DNA from: Candidatus Adlerbacteria bacterium
GTDB taxonomy: Bacteria > Patescibacteriota > Minisyncoccia > Phycocordibacterales > SBAW01
Reading direction: 5' to 3'
Length of the DNA stretch: 64,000 nucleotides
Assembly (NCBI GenBank): GCA_003135635.1
Contig: PLCJ01000002.1
Location: 44,898 to 108,897, forward strand
Shown: positions 1 through 11,079 of the stretch, in pieces
How the letters are laid out: the number at the start of each line of letters is the position of its first letter
Position numbering within the stretch: position 1 is the first letter of the stretch
Program-made: the position numbers and the translations under genes
The notes under the pieces: generated by a model
The model's database searches: none
What the model saw: only the letters and a program-made list of their open reading frames with translations
Told to the model about the DNA's origin: nothing

Positions 1-783
1 TTCAATAATCCAGCAATTCTTATCATAGCCGTTGTCCTTGCGCTTGGCATGAACGTATGGAGTTACTGGAATTCTGACAAGGTGGTGATTGCGATCTCGG
101 GTGCCAAGCCTGCCGACCCAGCAGAGTACCCAGAACTCCATCGTATCGTTGAGAATCTTGCCATCACCGCAGGACTTCCCAAACCTAAGATTTACATCAT
201 TGTGGATCCTTCTCCCAATGCCTTTGCCACCGGTCGCGATGCCAAACACTCCGCGCTTGCGGTTACCAGCGGTCTTTTGGGGATGATGGATAAGGGGGAG
301 CTTGAAGGAGTGATAGCACATGAACTTTCCCATGTTGGTAATCGCGACATACTCATCTCAACAGTAGCGGTGGTGCTGGTCGGATTTGTCGCGCTTGCTT
401 CTAATTTTTTCTTTCGCTCTGCGCTTTTTGGCGGTGGCAGTAGGGAAGAGCGTGGTAACCCCATTCTCATGATCCTTTCCTTGGCCCTTATTGTGCTTGC
501 GCCAATTTTTGCAACTATTCTGCAACTGGCTATCTCCCGCAAACGAGAGTTTCTCGCAGATGCCTCTGGAGCGCTCCTTACGCGATATCCTGAAGGGTTG
601 GCGAGTGCGTTGCGTAAAATTGGTGCGTATCCGAATCCGATGCGCCGCGCTAATAATGCGACTGCGCATCTGTATATTTCAAATCCATTTGGGCCCACTG
701 CCTCTCGTAGCTTTTTGACCCGGTTATTCTCAACTCATCCGCCAATCGAGGAGCGTATAAAAGCTCTCATTGGCGATAAGTAA
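1..783 (+). CDS. htpX: Zinc metalloprotease HtpX (M48), 5' end outside window
   Basis: PNAFATG, AHELSH (HEXXH), SRKREFLAD and FSTHPP motifs; frame is open from the window edge. Confidence 0.93.
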   Translation, partial: FNNPAILIIAVVLALGMNVWSYWNSDKVVIAISGAKPADPAEYPELHRIVENLAITAGLPKPKIYIIVDPSPNAFATGRDAKHSALAVTSGLLGMMDKGELEGVIAHELSHVGNRDILISTVAVVLVGFVALASNFFFRSALFGGGSREERGNPILMILSLALIVLAPIFATILQLAISRKREFLADASGALLTRYPEGLASALRKIGAYPNPMRRANNATAHLYISNPFGPTASRSFLTRLFSTHPPIEERIKALIGDK

Positions 784-825
784 TCTTACCCGGCAGTAAT
801 TTCCATGCTATATTGCCTGCGCATT

Positions 826-910
826 GGAGGCGTCGCATAGCGGTCTAGTGCGCACGCTTGGAAAGCGTGTGTGGGGCAACCCACCGAGAGTTCGAATCTC
901 TCCGCCTCCG
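826..910 (+). tRNA. tRNA-Ser(GGA)
   Basis: Cloverleaf; anticodon arm cacgc-tt-GGA-aa-gcgtg; long variable arm; GTTCGAATC T-loop. Confidence 0.95.
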
Positions 911-923
911 CAGGTAGTACTTT

Positions 924-1646
924 TTATAAATTAGCCAGCCGTATAGCGAAGAAGAGAACTGCGGCGCCAAATATAGTCATGGCGCTGGTCCAGAAAGTTG
1001 GGTGTACGTGATGACTCTCGGGAACGAGATCCGAAGCGCCGATATACAGGAAGAAGCCCGCAAAGAGCGCCAAGAGTACCCCCAAATGCTCTTGTGTCAG
1101 AGTAAATAAAAACGTTGATAATACTCCGATAACTGGCGCTACGGCATCAACGAGAAGCCATCGAAACGCTTTAGATCGCTCACCCCCATGTCGCACGACT
1201 ACATTAATTGTATTTATGCCGTCAGAAAAATCATGAGCTAAAACAGCTATCGCAACAACCCCGCCGACGGCAGGAGATACTTGGAACGCAAGTCCGATAC
1301 CAACGCCATCAAGAAAGCTGTGAATTGAGAGCGAACCGGCACGAATATGGCCACGCGACTGGGTCTGCTCATGCTCCTCGTGGGCATGGCTGTGAAGTAA
1401 TAAGAGGCGATCGAGCAAAAGATAGAGTAAGAACCCCAGTGCTACGAACGCAATTATATTTTCAATACCGTAGTTTTTTTCTCCTAAGTTTACTGCCTCT
1501 GGCATGAGATCAAAAAATGCTACAGCAATAACCGCTCCCGCGCTAAACCCAAGGATGAGATGTAGTCGGTCACGCAACTTGAGTGCCAGCGAGCCGCCGA
1601 TCATGGTCGAACAGAATGCCGCGATGCTAATTAAAAATGCTGTCAT
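924..1646 (-). CDS. ZIP-family divalent metal (zinc) transporter
   Basis: Multi-TM protein; His-rich loop HSHAHEEH; HSFLDG and AHDFSDG motifs. Confidence 0.88.
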   Translation of the reverse strand: MTAFLISIAAFCSTMIGGSLALKLRDRLHLILGFSAGAVIAVAFFDLMPEAVNLGEKNYGIENIIAFVALGFLLYLLLDRLLLLHSHAHEEHEQTQSRGHIRAGSLSIHSFLDGVGIGLAFQVSPAVGGVVAIAVLAHDFSDGINTINVVVRHGGERSKAFRWLLVDAVAPVIGVLSTFLFTLTQEHLGVLLALFAGFFLYIGASDLVPESHHVHPTFWTSAMTIFGAAVLFFAIRLANL

Positions 1647-1822
1647 GTTATTTTTTATGCAGTACGATGAACTGCTGTGTAAAGAAAGATTGTCCCTTTT
1701 TCCTCAACGTATAGTATAGCCCATGGAGGTGATGCATTTGTCAGCGTAATGGAATGGCGCGAAGAGGGCTCAGGACACTTTTGTGAGCCCTCCCATGTCT
1801 ACATTAGCTATATACTATCTTT

Positions 1823-2971
1823 ATGAAACTCTCTTTTACTCAGTTTCCGCGAGCCCTCTTGCGCAGATTGCGAGAAAAAAGATTTGCCTACACGCATCTC
1901 ATTGAGGTGCAGATTTATAGACAGGAGGTTCTCCATAATTACAGTATTTTTCAGCTCAAACTACCCACTCTCCAAGTTGCTCCTGTTTTGAAGAGCAACG
2001 CGTACGGTCATGGGTTAGTGGAGGTGGCCCGGATTCTTGATACACAAGGAATTCCTTTTCTTTGTGTAGACTCCTTCTTTGAAGCACTTATTCTTCGCAA
2101 TGAAGGAATCGTCTCTCCCATACTTATCATCGGGTACACACCTCTTCATAATCTACTGAAGAGAGATCTTCCTGGAGTTTCCTTCAGCCTCATAAGCCTT
2201 CAAGAGTTACAGCGAGCGATTAAGACCATTAACGCTCTGACCTTGCTCCACCTCAAAATAGATACCGGAATGCATCGGCAGGGGATTATGGAAAGTGAAA
2301 TTGAGGAAGCGATCACTCTTCTTAAATCAAATAAGCACGTCGTGCTTGAAGGTATCTTCTCGCACCTTGCTGAGATAAATACTCCTCATACGTCAACACA
2401 GATTGCGCTTTGGAATAAAATTGCAAAAAGAATCCATGAAGCGTTTCCTTCTTTGCGTTATATCCATTGCTCTGCCACGGCGGGGATTGTTCACGCAAAA
2501 GAAATTTATGCAAATACAATGCGTCTCGGCATAGGTCTCTATGGAATAAACCCTGGATTACTTGATCTTGATTTGCACCCAGCTCTCGAGATGCGCAGTC
2601 GCATCAGCTCTCTTCGCACTGTAGAAGTCGGGGAGTCCGTAGGCTACGGGGGCACATTTACTGCAGAAAATGACATGAGGATAGCCACTGTCCCTGCGGG
2701 CTACAGCGAAGGCATAGACCGCAGGCTTTCAAACACTGGCTCTCTTGTTATCCGCGATACCCTCTGTCCCATCGTGGGCGCGGTAAGCATGAATATTACC
2801 TCGCTTGATGTCTCGAGCATTCCAGAGGTATCGCTTGAGGATGAGGTGCTTATCATAAGCAAAGACCCTACGGCCCCTAACTCTATAGAGCGCATGGCTG
2901 AGCTCTGTCACACTATTCCCTATGATCTCCTCGTCCACATTCCGGAACACCTTCACCGTAGGGTGATATAA
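1823..2971 (+). CDS. alr: Alanine racemase
   Basis: VLKSNAYGHG PLP-lysine motif, HLKIDTGMHRQG, GYSEG. Confidence 0.95.
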   Translation: MKLSFTQFPRALLRRLREKRFAYTHLIEVQIYRQEVLHNYSIFQLKLPTLQVAPVLKSNAYGHGLVEVARILDTQGIPFLCVDSFFEALILRNEGIVSPILIIGYTPLHNLLKRDLPGVSFSLISLQELQRAIKTINALTLLHLKIDTGMHRQGIMESEIEEAITLLKSNKHVVLEGIFSHLAEINTPHTSTQIALWNKIAKRIHEAFPSLRYIHCSATAGIVHAKEIYANTMRLGIGLYGINPGLLDLDLHPALEMRSRISSLRTVEVGESVGYGGTFTAENDMRIATVPAGYSEGIDRRLSNTGSLVIRDTLCPIVGAVSMNITSLDVSSIPEVSLEDEVLIISKDPTAPNSIERMAELCHTIPYDLLVHIPEHLHRRVI

Positions 2972-3008
2972 TTACTCTGTATATTTTAATGGTTAAGACT
3001 ACATACAT

Positions 3009-3419
3009 ATGGGAATAAATTATCTTGCCGTGGTAGTGGCGGCAGTTGCAGGTTTTGTCGTGGGTGCCCTCTGGTATTCCCCCTTTCTTTTTTCTAAAGA
3101 ATGGATGCGTCTATTGGGACGCACTCCTGAGGACTTTCATAAAAAAACACAGTTCACTCCGGCGCAAGCGATGGTGGGGCAGTTTATCTTGATGCTCGTC
3201 ATCGCGTATGTACTTGCGATTCTCTCCATTGCCCTTGGCATCACGAGCCTCACTGCGGCGCTCACGCTCGCGTTTTGGCTGTGGCTTGGGTTTCTGGCGA
3301 CGGAGATTCTCACGGGAGTGTTCTTTGAAGGCCGACCCATTAAACTTTTCCTCCTCAACGGCGCAGAGCGGCTCATCATGCTTCTGGTAATGGCCGTTAT
3401 CGTTGGTCTGTGGCACTAA
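3009..3419 (+). CDS. DUF1761-like membrane protein
   Basis: INYLAVVVAAV...GALWYSP.LF..W signature; 4 TM segments. Confidence 0.8.
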   Translation: MGINYLAVVVAAVAGFVVGALWYSPFLFSKEWMRLLGRTPEDFHKKTQFTPAQAMVGQFILMLVIAYVLAILSIALGITSLTAALTLAFWLWLGFLATEILTGVFFEGRPIKLFLLNGAERLIMLLVMAVIVGLWH

Positions 3420-3883
3420 GATATACGATACGGTGCCTGATAGGAATTGCGGTTGTGGCTCTCCTCGCGTGGGCACTTATGGGATATATGAAACAACCAC
3501 TCTTCCAGCAGGGGCAAGGTACTCTTCCAATGGGTGAGATGACCATTGGTTCTACCACCCTCACGGTTGAAATTGCTTCAACGCCAGCTGAGCAACAAGC
3601 AGGTCTCTCTGGCCGTCCATCACTTGCCCTTGGGCACGGGATGCTCTTTGTTTTTGGTACTCCAGGTGAATATGGCTTTTGGATGAAAGAAATGCTCTTT
3701 TCACTTGATATCATTTTTATAAACAGTGAAAAGAGTGTCGTCACTGTGTATCCTGAACTTACTCCGGGAACCTATCCAGAAGCATTTTATCCGGCCAATC
3801 CCGCGCTGTACGTACTTGAAGTGCCTGCAGGATTTGCCGCTCAGCATGGCATTGTAGAAGGTTCCAAAGTTGTGTTACAGTAG
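3410..3883 (+). CDS. DUF192 family protein
   Basis: GLSGR..L....GMLFVF, FWMKEM.FSLDIIFI, YVLEVPAG. Confidence 0.88.
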   Translation: MALRYTIRCLIGIAVVALLAWALMGYMKQPLFQQGQGTLPMGEMTIGSTTLTVEIASTPAEQQAGLSGRPSLALGHGMLFVFGTPGEYGFWMKEMLFSLDIIFINSEKSVVTVYPELTPGTYPEAFYPANPALYVLEVPAGFAAQHGIVEGSKVVLQ

Positions 3884-3888
3884 CAAAA

Positions 3889-4188
3889 GTGCGTTGGGTA
3901 GCAGCTCCACTCTTATAGGAGTGGAGAGGAAAGTCCGAACACTTACCTTGGCGTAAGCCAAGGACAGGTAGCAGGTAACGCCTGTCATGCGCTTCTAGCA
4001 GGCGCAAGAGGTGCGAACAGAGACGAGTCTTCGCTTCGGCGAAGGGTGAAACGGCTAAATCCTTACTTAAGTGCAAGGCCGTGCCCCGCAAGGGGAGTGC
4101 CGCTTGAGCTTTACGGCGACGTGAGGCCCAGATAAATTGCTATCGGATCCGCTTTGCGGATAGAACAGAATTCGGCTTATAAACGCAC
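3889..4188 (+). ncRNA. rnpB: RNase P RNA (compact, about 300 nt)
   Basis: GAGGAAAGTCC at 3926-3936; ACAGAATTCGGCTTA near the 3' end; P1 pairing gtgcgtt/aacgcac. Confidence 0.93.
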
Positions 4189-4202
4189 ATGCTAGATCAT
4201 GT

Positions 4203-4230
4203 AAATGCCCCGCCTTACCGCGGGGCGTTT
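4203..4230 (+). terminator. Hairpin terminator after rnpB
   Basis: aaatgccccgc-loop-gcggggcgttt. Confidence 0.7.
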
Positions 4231-4282
4231 GCGTTTTAAAGCAGTTACAGGAAAGTGGGGTATACTCTTTTTATACGAACTA

Positions 4283-6649
4283 ATGCACGAGTACCGCATG
4301 GAAGAACAGAGAGACATACCACAAAGCAATAGCTCAAAGAGACTTATAAGCAGTGCGCGCCTCGTTTATCTGACAGGTATAGTGTTTGCCCTGGTACTCG
4401 TGGTTCCAACCGCGTGGTTCCCGCTTCAGCTCGGCAAATTGGCCGCATACGCCCTGTGTCTTGTTATTGCGGGAATATTGTTTCTCCTCGGCGGTGGCAT
4501 GCGCCGCATGCTGCAGGGGGGAGGTATAGGCACCGCGCTGTTAGTAGCGATTCTACCTCTGGTATATCTTTTGTCCTTTTATTTCTCGATTGACCGTGGA
4601 GTGGGACTCCTCAGTTCTGGTCTTGGGGCAGACACCATCCTTTTCACCACGCTTGGTTTCTTGGGATTTCTTCTTGCCTTTGGCATGTTTCGCTCACCCC
4701 GTGAAGTGCGCCTTCTTATATCGGTTGTATTTATTTCTCTTATCGCGGCAGCGATATTTCAGTGCATTACGATCGCATTCGGTACTGCAGCGATTCCATT
4801 TCAAGCATTTAGTGATCGCTCCACTAATCTTATTGGTAAATGGAATGACCTCGGCCTTCTGATGGGTATACTCGTGCTGTGGTGCCTGTTGCAACTTGAA
4901 TGGCTCTCACTCTCGGTACTTCGCAGGAGTCTTCTTATCGGGCTCGTTTTTCTTGTTGGAGTGCTTCTTGCTCTTATTCATTTCACTCTGGTATGGGGAC
5001 TTGTGTGTGCCTTCTCGCTTCTTATCGCTGCCGCTGTCAGTATTGCAAGACATCCAGGCGATACTACTGGAGGAATTTTCAAGCATCTTCCTTGGTACTC
5101 TCTCATCATCGCAGTGGTGTCGATTCTCTTTCTTATTTTTGGCTCCAATATCAATGTGGGTCTCTCCAAGATATTCCCCGTTTCTTCTTTGGAAATTCGA
5201 CCCTCCGCCAGCGCTACACTTTCAATCGTACAAGCATCCCATCCCAGTGTGTTGCGCGCTTTGGTCGGCACTGGCCCGGACACGTTTACAAAAGAGTGGC
5301 TTTTACATAAGCCCCTAGAGTTAAATCTCTCTCAGTTTTGGAATATTGATTTCAATGTCGGATTCTCGACCCTCTTTACTGCCTTTGCGAGCGTGGGACT
5401 TTTCGGAGCCGCTGCGTGGCTTATTCCTTTGCTGCTCTCGCTTATCGCCTTAGCCAACATATTGCGATCATCAATGCACGGGCGAAGCGAGAAACTCGCA
5501 GCTGCAACTGTGGGCGCTGCGGCGATATACCTTTGGATTGCAGAGGGATTTTATGTCCTCAGTCAAAATCTCATTCTTTTGGGATTTATTCTTACCGGTG
5601 CACTCCTGGGGCTTGCATATACTTCAGCAGTACCTGCTTCTTTAAAAATGCCATGGCGCGCGCGGGGCACGCTCGGGATTCTTAGTCTCCTCATGCTGCT
5701 CGGTATGCTCATGCTTGCGTTTCTAAGCGGCCGACTCTTTATAGCCGAAGCGTACGCCAATAAAGGACTTTTTGCTTTAAATTCAGGGGATATCACTAGT
5801 GCGCTTAGCGATGCTGCCAAAGGAGCGAAATACGGAAAAAATGAGGATGTACTGCAGCTACAGATGCAAGCAGACCTTGCACAGCTTCAGCAGCTTGCGA
5901 GTGCTTCTTCGACACCGACTAGCGAACTTCAACAGCAGTTTACTACTGCCGCTCAGCAAGCTATAGCCGCAGGCAAAGAAGCTACCTCCCTTGATCCTGC
6001 TGATTACGGCTCGTACGTTGCACTGGGACAAGTGTATGATCTGCTTTCCTCCCTCAAGATCCAAGGTGCCTATACGCTCGCACAAAGTGCGTACGGGGAG
6101 GCTGCGAAAGAAGATCCAACGAATCCAACAATTCCTCTTTTGCAAGCTCGTCTTGAATCAGCGCAGGGCAATCCGCAAGGAATGCAGCAATTTCTACAGC
6201 AAGCACTCACCTTAAAGCAAAACTATACGGATGCCATTCTCTTTGTAGTGCAGCTTGATGTGGCGCAGAAGGATCTTCCAAGCGCAATTCAAGCAGCGAA
6301 AGCAGCAGTGCAAAGTGCTCCTAGCGTTCCCGCTATTTGGTTTGAGCTCGGTCTTCTCTACTACACAGGAGGGGATACCGCGGATGCTATTATGCCACTG
6401 GAGCAGGCTGTAGTGCTTCAGAGCAATTATGCAAACGCCAAATATTTTCTCGGCCTCTCCTATTACGCTCAAGGCAGAACAGCAGATGCCATCAAACAGT
6501 TTGAGGATCTTCAAGCAACAAATCCAGACAATCAAGAAGTAGTATTGATTCTTTCCAACATGCAAGCAGGAAAGCCGCCCTTCACCTCCGCCCAGCCTCC
6601 CATCACTGCAAATCCCCAAAATCGTGCCACAGCGCCTATTTCGCAATAA
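4283..6649 (+). CDS. Polytopic membrane protein (O-antigen ligase-like) with C-terminal TPR repeats
   Basis: About 12 TM segments, GTGPDTF loop motif, TPR repeats (NYANAKYFLGLSY); start codon uncertain (4283 or 4298). Confidence 0.7.
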   Translation: MHEYRMEEQRDIPQSNSSKRLISSARLVYLTGIVFALVLVVPTAWFPLQLGKLAAYALCLVIAGILFLLGGGMRRMLQGGGIGTALLVAILPLVYLLSFYFSIDRGVGLLSSGLGADTILFTTLGFLGFLLAFGMFRSPREVRLLISVVFISLIAAAIFQCITIAFGTAAIPFQAFSDRSTNLIGKWNDLGLLMGILVLWCLLQLEWLSLSVLRRSLLIGLVFLVGVLLALIHFTLVWGLVCAFSLLIAAAVSIARHPGDTTGGIFKHLPWYSLIIAVVSILFLIFGSNINVGLSKIFPVSSLEIRPSASATLSIVQASHPSVLRALVGTGPDTFTKEWLLHKPLELNLSQFWNIDFNVGFSTLFTAFASVGLFGAAAWLIPLLLSLIALANILRSSMHGRSEKLAAATVGAAAIYLWIAEGFYVLSQNLILLGFILTGALLGLAYTSAVPASLKMPWRARGTLGILSLLMLLGMLMLAFLSGRLFIAEAYANKGLFALNSGDITSALSDAAKGAKYGKNEDVLQLQMQADLAQLQQLASASSTPTSELQQQFTTAAQQAIAAGKEATSLDPADYGSYVALGQVYDLLSSLKIQGAYTLAQSAYGEAAKEDPTNPTIPLLQARLESAQGNPQGMQQFLQQALTLKQNYTDAILFVVQLDVAQKDLPSAIQAAKAAVQSAPSVPAIWFELGLLYYTGGDTADAIMPLEQAVVLQSNYANAKYFLGLSYYAQGRTADAIKQFEDLQATNPDNQEVVLILSNMQAGKPPFTSAQPPITANPQNRATAPISQ

Positions 6650-6656
6650 GATAGCT

Positions 6657-8327
6657 ATGCGGTTGTCTTTTTTTTCGACGATCAACCGCGAAGTGCATGG
6701 TATGCACCAAGCGGCGTATCTCCTGGCCGCGTTCGCCTTTGCTTCTCAGTTGTTGGCGCTCCTTCGTGACCACTTGCTTGCGGCGAGCTTTGGCACAGGT
6801 CATGTTCTTGACCTATACTACGCGGCATTTCGTATTCCGGATTTTTTGTTTGCCACCGTGGCCACTCTGCTGTCTTTATACGCGCTCCTGCCAATTCTTT
6901 CTAAAGTTGAAGATGCGCATCCCGGTCAAATGGCATCATTTTTGCGGGGAGCACTACTCCTTTTTTTTATCGTCATGGGATGTCTTGCAGGGGTGCTTTA
7001 TATCTGGACGCCAGTGTTGGTGCACTTTATTGCCCCAGGACTTACAAGTCCTTTACTAATTCCCCTTGTACGCATTTTGCTGCTGCAACCCATTTTATTG
7101 GGTGCATCAAATACTGTGGCATCGCTAACCCAGCTGCGCCATCGGTTCGTTCTCTACTCTATATCGCCGCTTTTGTATAACCTTGGCATCATCTTCGGTA
7201 TCATCGTTTTATATCCGCATCTGGGAATTGTAGGACTTGGATGGGGGGTCATCATCGGAGCATTCTTGCATCTTTTTATTCAGATTCCATTTTTTACTGC
7301 CGAAAAGATAGAGACGCCGATGCCCTGGAAGGATATGATTTATGCGCTTAAGCATGTGCTTGCGCTTTCTGTTCCGCGTACACTCGTACTTGCTTCCACT
7401 CAGATAACTATTCTTGTCCTTGTTGCACTGGCATCATTTTTTGCTACCGGATCAATCTCTGTTTTTATGTTTGCCTATAACTTACAAGCGGTGCCAGTTA
7501 CTATTATTGGCTTGTCCTATTCAATCGCCGCGTTTCCAACGCTTGCGCGCCTCCATGCACGGGGACAGCGGGCAGATTTTATCAAACATATTGAAGCAGC
7601 ACTGCGCCACACCATGCTCTGGTCAATTCTTACGACCATTTTTGTCATTGTGTTGCGAGCGCAGCTCGTGCGCGTAATTTTAGGGGCTGGTGCATTTGAT
7701 TGGACCGCAACTCGTCTTACTGCTGCAGCGCTCGCGCTTTTTATTCTTTCGCTCCTAGGACAAAATGCTACGCTTCTGATCTCTCGGGCCTATTACGCGG
7801 CGGGTAATACCGTGCGGCCGCTTTTATATGGAATCTCCGATATCGTCGTTTCCGTATGCTCCGCACTCTTTTGTATCTGGATATTTCAGCACTATCTCCC
7901 CGTACGAGCGTTTGTAGAATCTCTACTGCGGGTTGACGATGTGCCTGGCACGATCGTGCTTACCCTGGCATTTGGGTATGCTTTGGGCTCCATTGTTGAA
8001 TTTCTCATTGGTTTTTTCTTTTTTGTACGCGACTTTTCTTTACCCCTGCGCAGATTGGGGCGATTGTGTTTTGAAATATTTTCCGCATCGGTTCTTGGCG
8101 CTGCTGTATCCTACGGCCTGTTGGCCGCCACAGGTTCTTTGGTGAATATAAATACAACTCTGGGGGTGGCGATACAAGGGAGCGCAGCGGGACTTGCGGG
8201 ACTCCTGGTCACCGTATTTATCCTCAGCGTTCTTGGTAACGCGGAGTTAAAAGAAACCATAAGTGCTCTGAAGCGTCGTTTTTCACCTGATGCCGTTGCT
8301 CTGGAGCCCACCGATATTGCTTCCTAA
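6657..8327 (+). CDS. murJ: Lipid II flippase MurJ
   Basis: LLRD...A..FG, YYAAFRIPD, multi-TM MOP family pattern. Confidence 0.88.
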   Translation: MRLSFFSTINREVHGMHQAAYLLAAFAFASQLLALLRDHLLAASFGTGHVLDLYYAAFRIPDFLFATVATLLSLYALLPILSKVEDAHPGQMASFLRGALLLFFIVMGCLAGVLYIWTPVLVHFIAPGLTSPLLIPLVRILLLQPILLGASNTVASLTQLRHRFVLYSISPLLYNLGIIFGIIVLYPHLGIVGLGWGVIIGAFLHLFIQIPFFTAEKIETPMPWKDMIYALKHVLALSVPRTLVLASTQITILVLVALASFFATGSISVFMFAYNLQAVPVTIIGLSYSIAAFPTLARLHARGQRADFIKHIEAALRHTMLWSILTTIFVIVLRAQLVRVILGAGAFDWTATRLTAAALALFILSLLGQNATLLISRAYYAAGNTVRPLLYGISDIVVSVCSALFCIWIFQHYLPVRAFVESLLRVDDVPGTIVLTLAFGYALGSIVEFLIGFFFFVRDFSLPLRRLGRLCFEIFSASVLGAAVSYGLLAATGSLVNINTTLGVAIQGSAAGLAGLLVTVFILSVLGNAELKETISALKRRFSPDAVALEPTDIAS

Positions 8328-10103
8328 ATGACTCAGATCAGAAATTTCAGCATCATAGCCCATATCGACCACGGTAAATCGACACTGGCTGACCGATTTC
8401 TTGAACTTGCGGGAACAATTGAGAAGCGCAAAATGCGCGAGCAAGTGCTTGACTCGATGGAGCTTGAGCGCGAGCGCGGGATTACCATTAAAATGCAGCC
8501 GGTTCGTATGCTGTGGCAGGACTATGTGCTCAATCTCATCGATACGCCGGGCCACATTGATTTCTCTTATGAAGTCTCCCGTGCACTCTCTGCAGTTGAG
8601 GGGGTGATCCTTCTGGTTGATGCGACTCAGGGTATCCAAGCTCAGACGCTCACGACCTTGCGCATGGCCCAGGCTCTGGAACTGGTCATTGTGCCTGCAG
8701 TATCGAAAATTGACTCGCCGCTTGCGCAAACAAACGACACACGTCAGCAACTTTCTTCACTTCTCTCTGTACCTCTTGATCAAGTTCTCTTGTGTTCAGG
8801 TAAAACAGGAGAAGGAGTAGCCGAGCTTCTTCAGGCGGTTATTGATCTAATACCTCCACCATCTGCCCAAACACAAACAACACTCGCCAGAGGGCTCGTA
8901 TTTGATTTTCAATATTCTGACCACCAAGGCGTTATCGTATATTTGCGTATTATGGAAGGAGAAATTAAAAAAGGGGAATCATTGGAATTTGCGGTAAGCG
9001 GTCACACGTTTACTGCTCTTGAGGTTGGCATCTTTTCGCCCCAGCCGACCGCAAAACCTTTCCTTAAGGCAGGGGAGATAGGATATGTGGTGACTGGAAT
9101 CAAAAGTCCCGGGTTTGCGCGGGTGGGGGATACCATTCGTGCCCGAGGCTCCAAAGCGGCACCCTTATCGGGGTATATCGAGCCCAAACCGGTGGTATGG
9201 GCAAGTATATATCCTGAAAGTCAGGACGATTTTATTCTCTTGCGCCAGGGGCTTTCTCGTTTGCGTCTTTCTGATTCAGCGCTTTCGTTTGAGGAAGAAT
9301 CCTCAGGAATGCTCGGCAGAGGATTTCGCTGCGGGTTTTTGGGGATGCTCCATCTTGAAATTACGACAGAGCGTCTTCGCAGGGAGTTTGCTCTTTCCCT
9401 GGTTGTTACGACACCCACCATCACCTATGAAGTTGAAACACGCGACGGCAAACGTCACACCGTGTACTCACCGGCACAGTTTCCTGAGTACGGAGAGATT
9501 GTCCATATATGGGAGCCGTTTGTGCGTGCCCAAGTGATTGCCCCTTCCCAGTACGTTGGTGCGATCCTACCTCTTTTGTACGCGCATGAGGCTAGCGTTG
9601 AGACAACAGATACTTTTTCTGAAGGACGGGTTGTGATAGAAGCGATTATGCCACTTCGCGAGATGATGCGAAATTTTTTTGATAAGCTCAAAAGCGCAAC
9701 GTCTGGATATTCATCTGTCTCATATGAATTGCGTGAATTGCGCTCTGCAGATGTCGCTCGACTCGATATCTTTCTCGCCGATGAACTCGTCCCCGCATTC
9801 TCGCGCATTGTCGCAAAACACCATGCATATGAAGAAGCGCAGGCAGTCGTTGAGAAACTCTACGCTATTTTGCCTCGCCAGCAGTTTGCGGCAAAGATCC
9901 AAGGAAGAGCATTGGGGCGCATTCTTTCTTCAAAGACGCTTCCTGCACTGCGTAAAGATGTGACCGGATATCTCTATGGGGGAGATAGAACACGTAAAAT
10001 GAAACTCTGGGCAAAACAAAAACGGGGCAAAGAAAAACTCAAGGAGCGTGGCCGCGTCCATATTCCAGAGGAGGTGTTTTTAAAAATGATAAAATCCGAG
10101 TAA
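8328..10103 (+). CDS. lepA: Elongation factor 4
   Basis: [44 protein letters not shown]. Confidence 0.97.
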   Translation: MTQIRNFSIIAHIDHGKSTLADRFLELAGTIEKRKMREQVLDSMELERERGITIKMQPVRMLWQDYVLNLIDTPGHIDFSYEVSRALSAVEGVILLVDATQGIQAQTLTTLRMAQALELVIVPAVSKIDSPLAQTNDTRQQLSSLLSVPLDQVLLCSGKTGEGVAELLQAVIDLIPPPSAQTQTTLARGLVFDFQYSDHQGVIVYLRIMEGEIKKGESLEFAVSGHTFTALEVGIFSPQPTAKPFLKAGEIGYVVTGIKSPGFARVGDTIRARGSKAAPLSGYIEPKPVVWASIYPESQDDFILLRQGLSRLRLSDSALSFEEESSGMLGRGFRCGFLGMLHLEITTERLRREFALSLVVTTPTITYEVETRDGKRHTVYSPAQFPEYGEIVHIWEPFVRAQVIAPSQYVGAILPLLYAHEASVETTDTFSEGRVVIEAIMPLREMMRNFFDKLKSATSGYSSVSYELRELRSADVARLDIFLADELVPAFSRIVAKHHAYEEAQAVVEKLYAILPRQQFAAKIQGRALGRILSSKTLPALRKDVTGYLYGGDRTRKMKLWAKQKRGKEKLKERGRVHIPEEVFLKMIKSE

Positions 10104-10106
10104 GTG

Positions 10107-10211
10107 TTATAGCAACACAGAGAAGTACGCAAATACCATCGATACGATGACGGCAATAGCGAGAATGGTAGCAAGAATGCGAACATCCCGTTGGCGATTT
10201 TTACCGAACAT
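10107..10211 (-). CDS. Small single-TM protein (34 aa, MFGKNRQRDVRILATILAIAVIVSMVFAYFSVLL)
   Basis: Basic N-terminus plus one TM helix; TATACT 7 nt before the ATG; fills the gap between lepA and the ftsB-like gene. Confidence 0.55.
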   Translation of the reverse strand: MFGKNRQRDVRILATILAIAVIVSMVFAYFSVLL

Positions 10212-10234
10212 ATAGGGGAGTATATACTGAATGG

Positions 10235-10624
10235 ATGCAAGGACACAAGCGCAAACGGACACAACAAAGCGAGATAGCGCATATTGGTTTTCAAGCGATC
10301 GGTGCACTCGCACTTTTATTGATTGCCGTGGTATCAGTCCGGGCCGCATGGAATGTGTACGGTAAGTTTGTGGAAGCCTCAGCGGGTCAACAAATTGCCC
10401 AGGCACAACTGGCATCGCTTCAATCCCAAGAGCAAACGATAAATGCAGATCTTACGCAGCTTAATTCTCCTGGAGGTCTTGAAGCTGAAGTACGTGCGCG
10501 TTATGGAGTTGTAAAACCTGGAGAAGGAGAAATTCAAATTGTAGAAAATCAAAGCGTAGCCCCAACCACCACGCCAGGGCAGGAAAGTATCTGGGTGCGC
10601 TTTTGGCACCTGGTGGCATGGTAG
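10235..10624 (+). CDS. Septum formation initiator (FtsB/DivIC-like)
   Basis: TM helix, coiled coil, E..VRARYGVVKPGE motif. Confidence 0.75.
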   Translation: MQGHKRKRTQQSEIAHIGFQAIGALALLLIAVVSVRAAWNVYGKFVEASAGQQIAQAQLASLQSQEQTINADLTQLNSPGGLEAEVRARYGVVKPGEGEIQIVENQSVAPTTTPGQESIWVRFWHLVAW

Positions 10625-10644
10625 GATTCGCTTCATGCTTGAAT

Positions 10645-10718
10645 GCGGGATTAGTTTAGTGGCAGGACGACTGCTTCCCAAGCAGTAGGCGCGAGTTCGA
10701 TTCTCGCATCCCGCACCA
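10645..10718 (+). tRNA. tRNA-Gly(CCC)
   Basis: Anticodon arm ctgc-tt-CCC-aa-gcag; encoded CCA. Confidence 0.95.
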
Positions 10719-10775
10719 CTATTACTGGAGAAAAACACATGATATACTCTTGAGATAATAAATAATTCTGGAAAT

Positions 10776-11018
10776 ATGCAAAAAAAGGTAACCATATATT
10801 CAACCCCGACCTGCCATTTCTGCCAAATGGCGAAAGAGTTTTTCGCTGAAAAAAATATTGAATACATCGCCTATGATGTAGCAAGTGATGCTGGCAAACG
10901 GGAAGAAATGATCACTATGACTAAGCAGCTGGGGGTGCCGGTCATCGTTATAGATGGTGAGGTCACGGTCGGGTTTGACCGTCAAAAACTTGCTGCTAAG
11001 CTTGGGATAGAAGCATAA
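10776..11018 (+). CDS. Glutaredoxin-like protein (NrdH/YruB type)
   Basis: YSTPTCHFC CXXC motif, GVPV, VGFD. Confidence 0.9.
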   Translation: MQKKVTIYSTPTCHFCQMAKEFFAEKNIEYIAYDVASDAGKREEMITMTKQLGVPVIVIDGEVTVGFDRQKLAAKLGIEA

Positions 11019-11079
11019 CTGGTATTTTAAAAGCTTTAGCGCATAATCAAAACTGGCTTAAAAGTCGGTTTTATTATTT

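Noticed and set aside
3759-4091. 110-aa minus-strand ORF
   Set aside because: It overlaps RNase P RNA and the DUF192 gene, so it is likely spurious.
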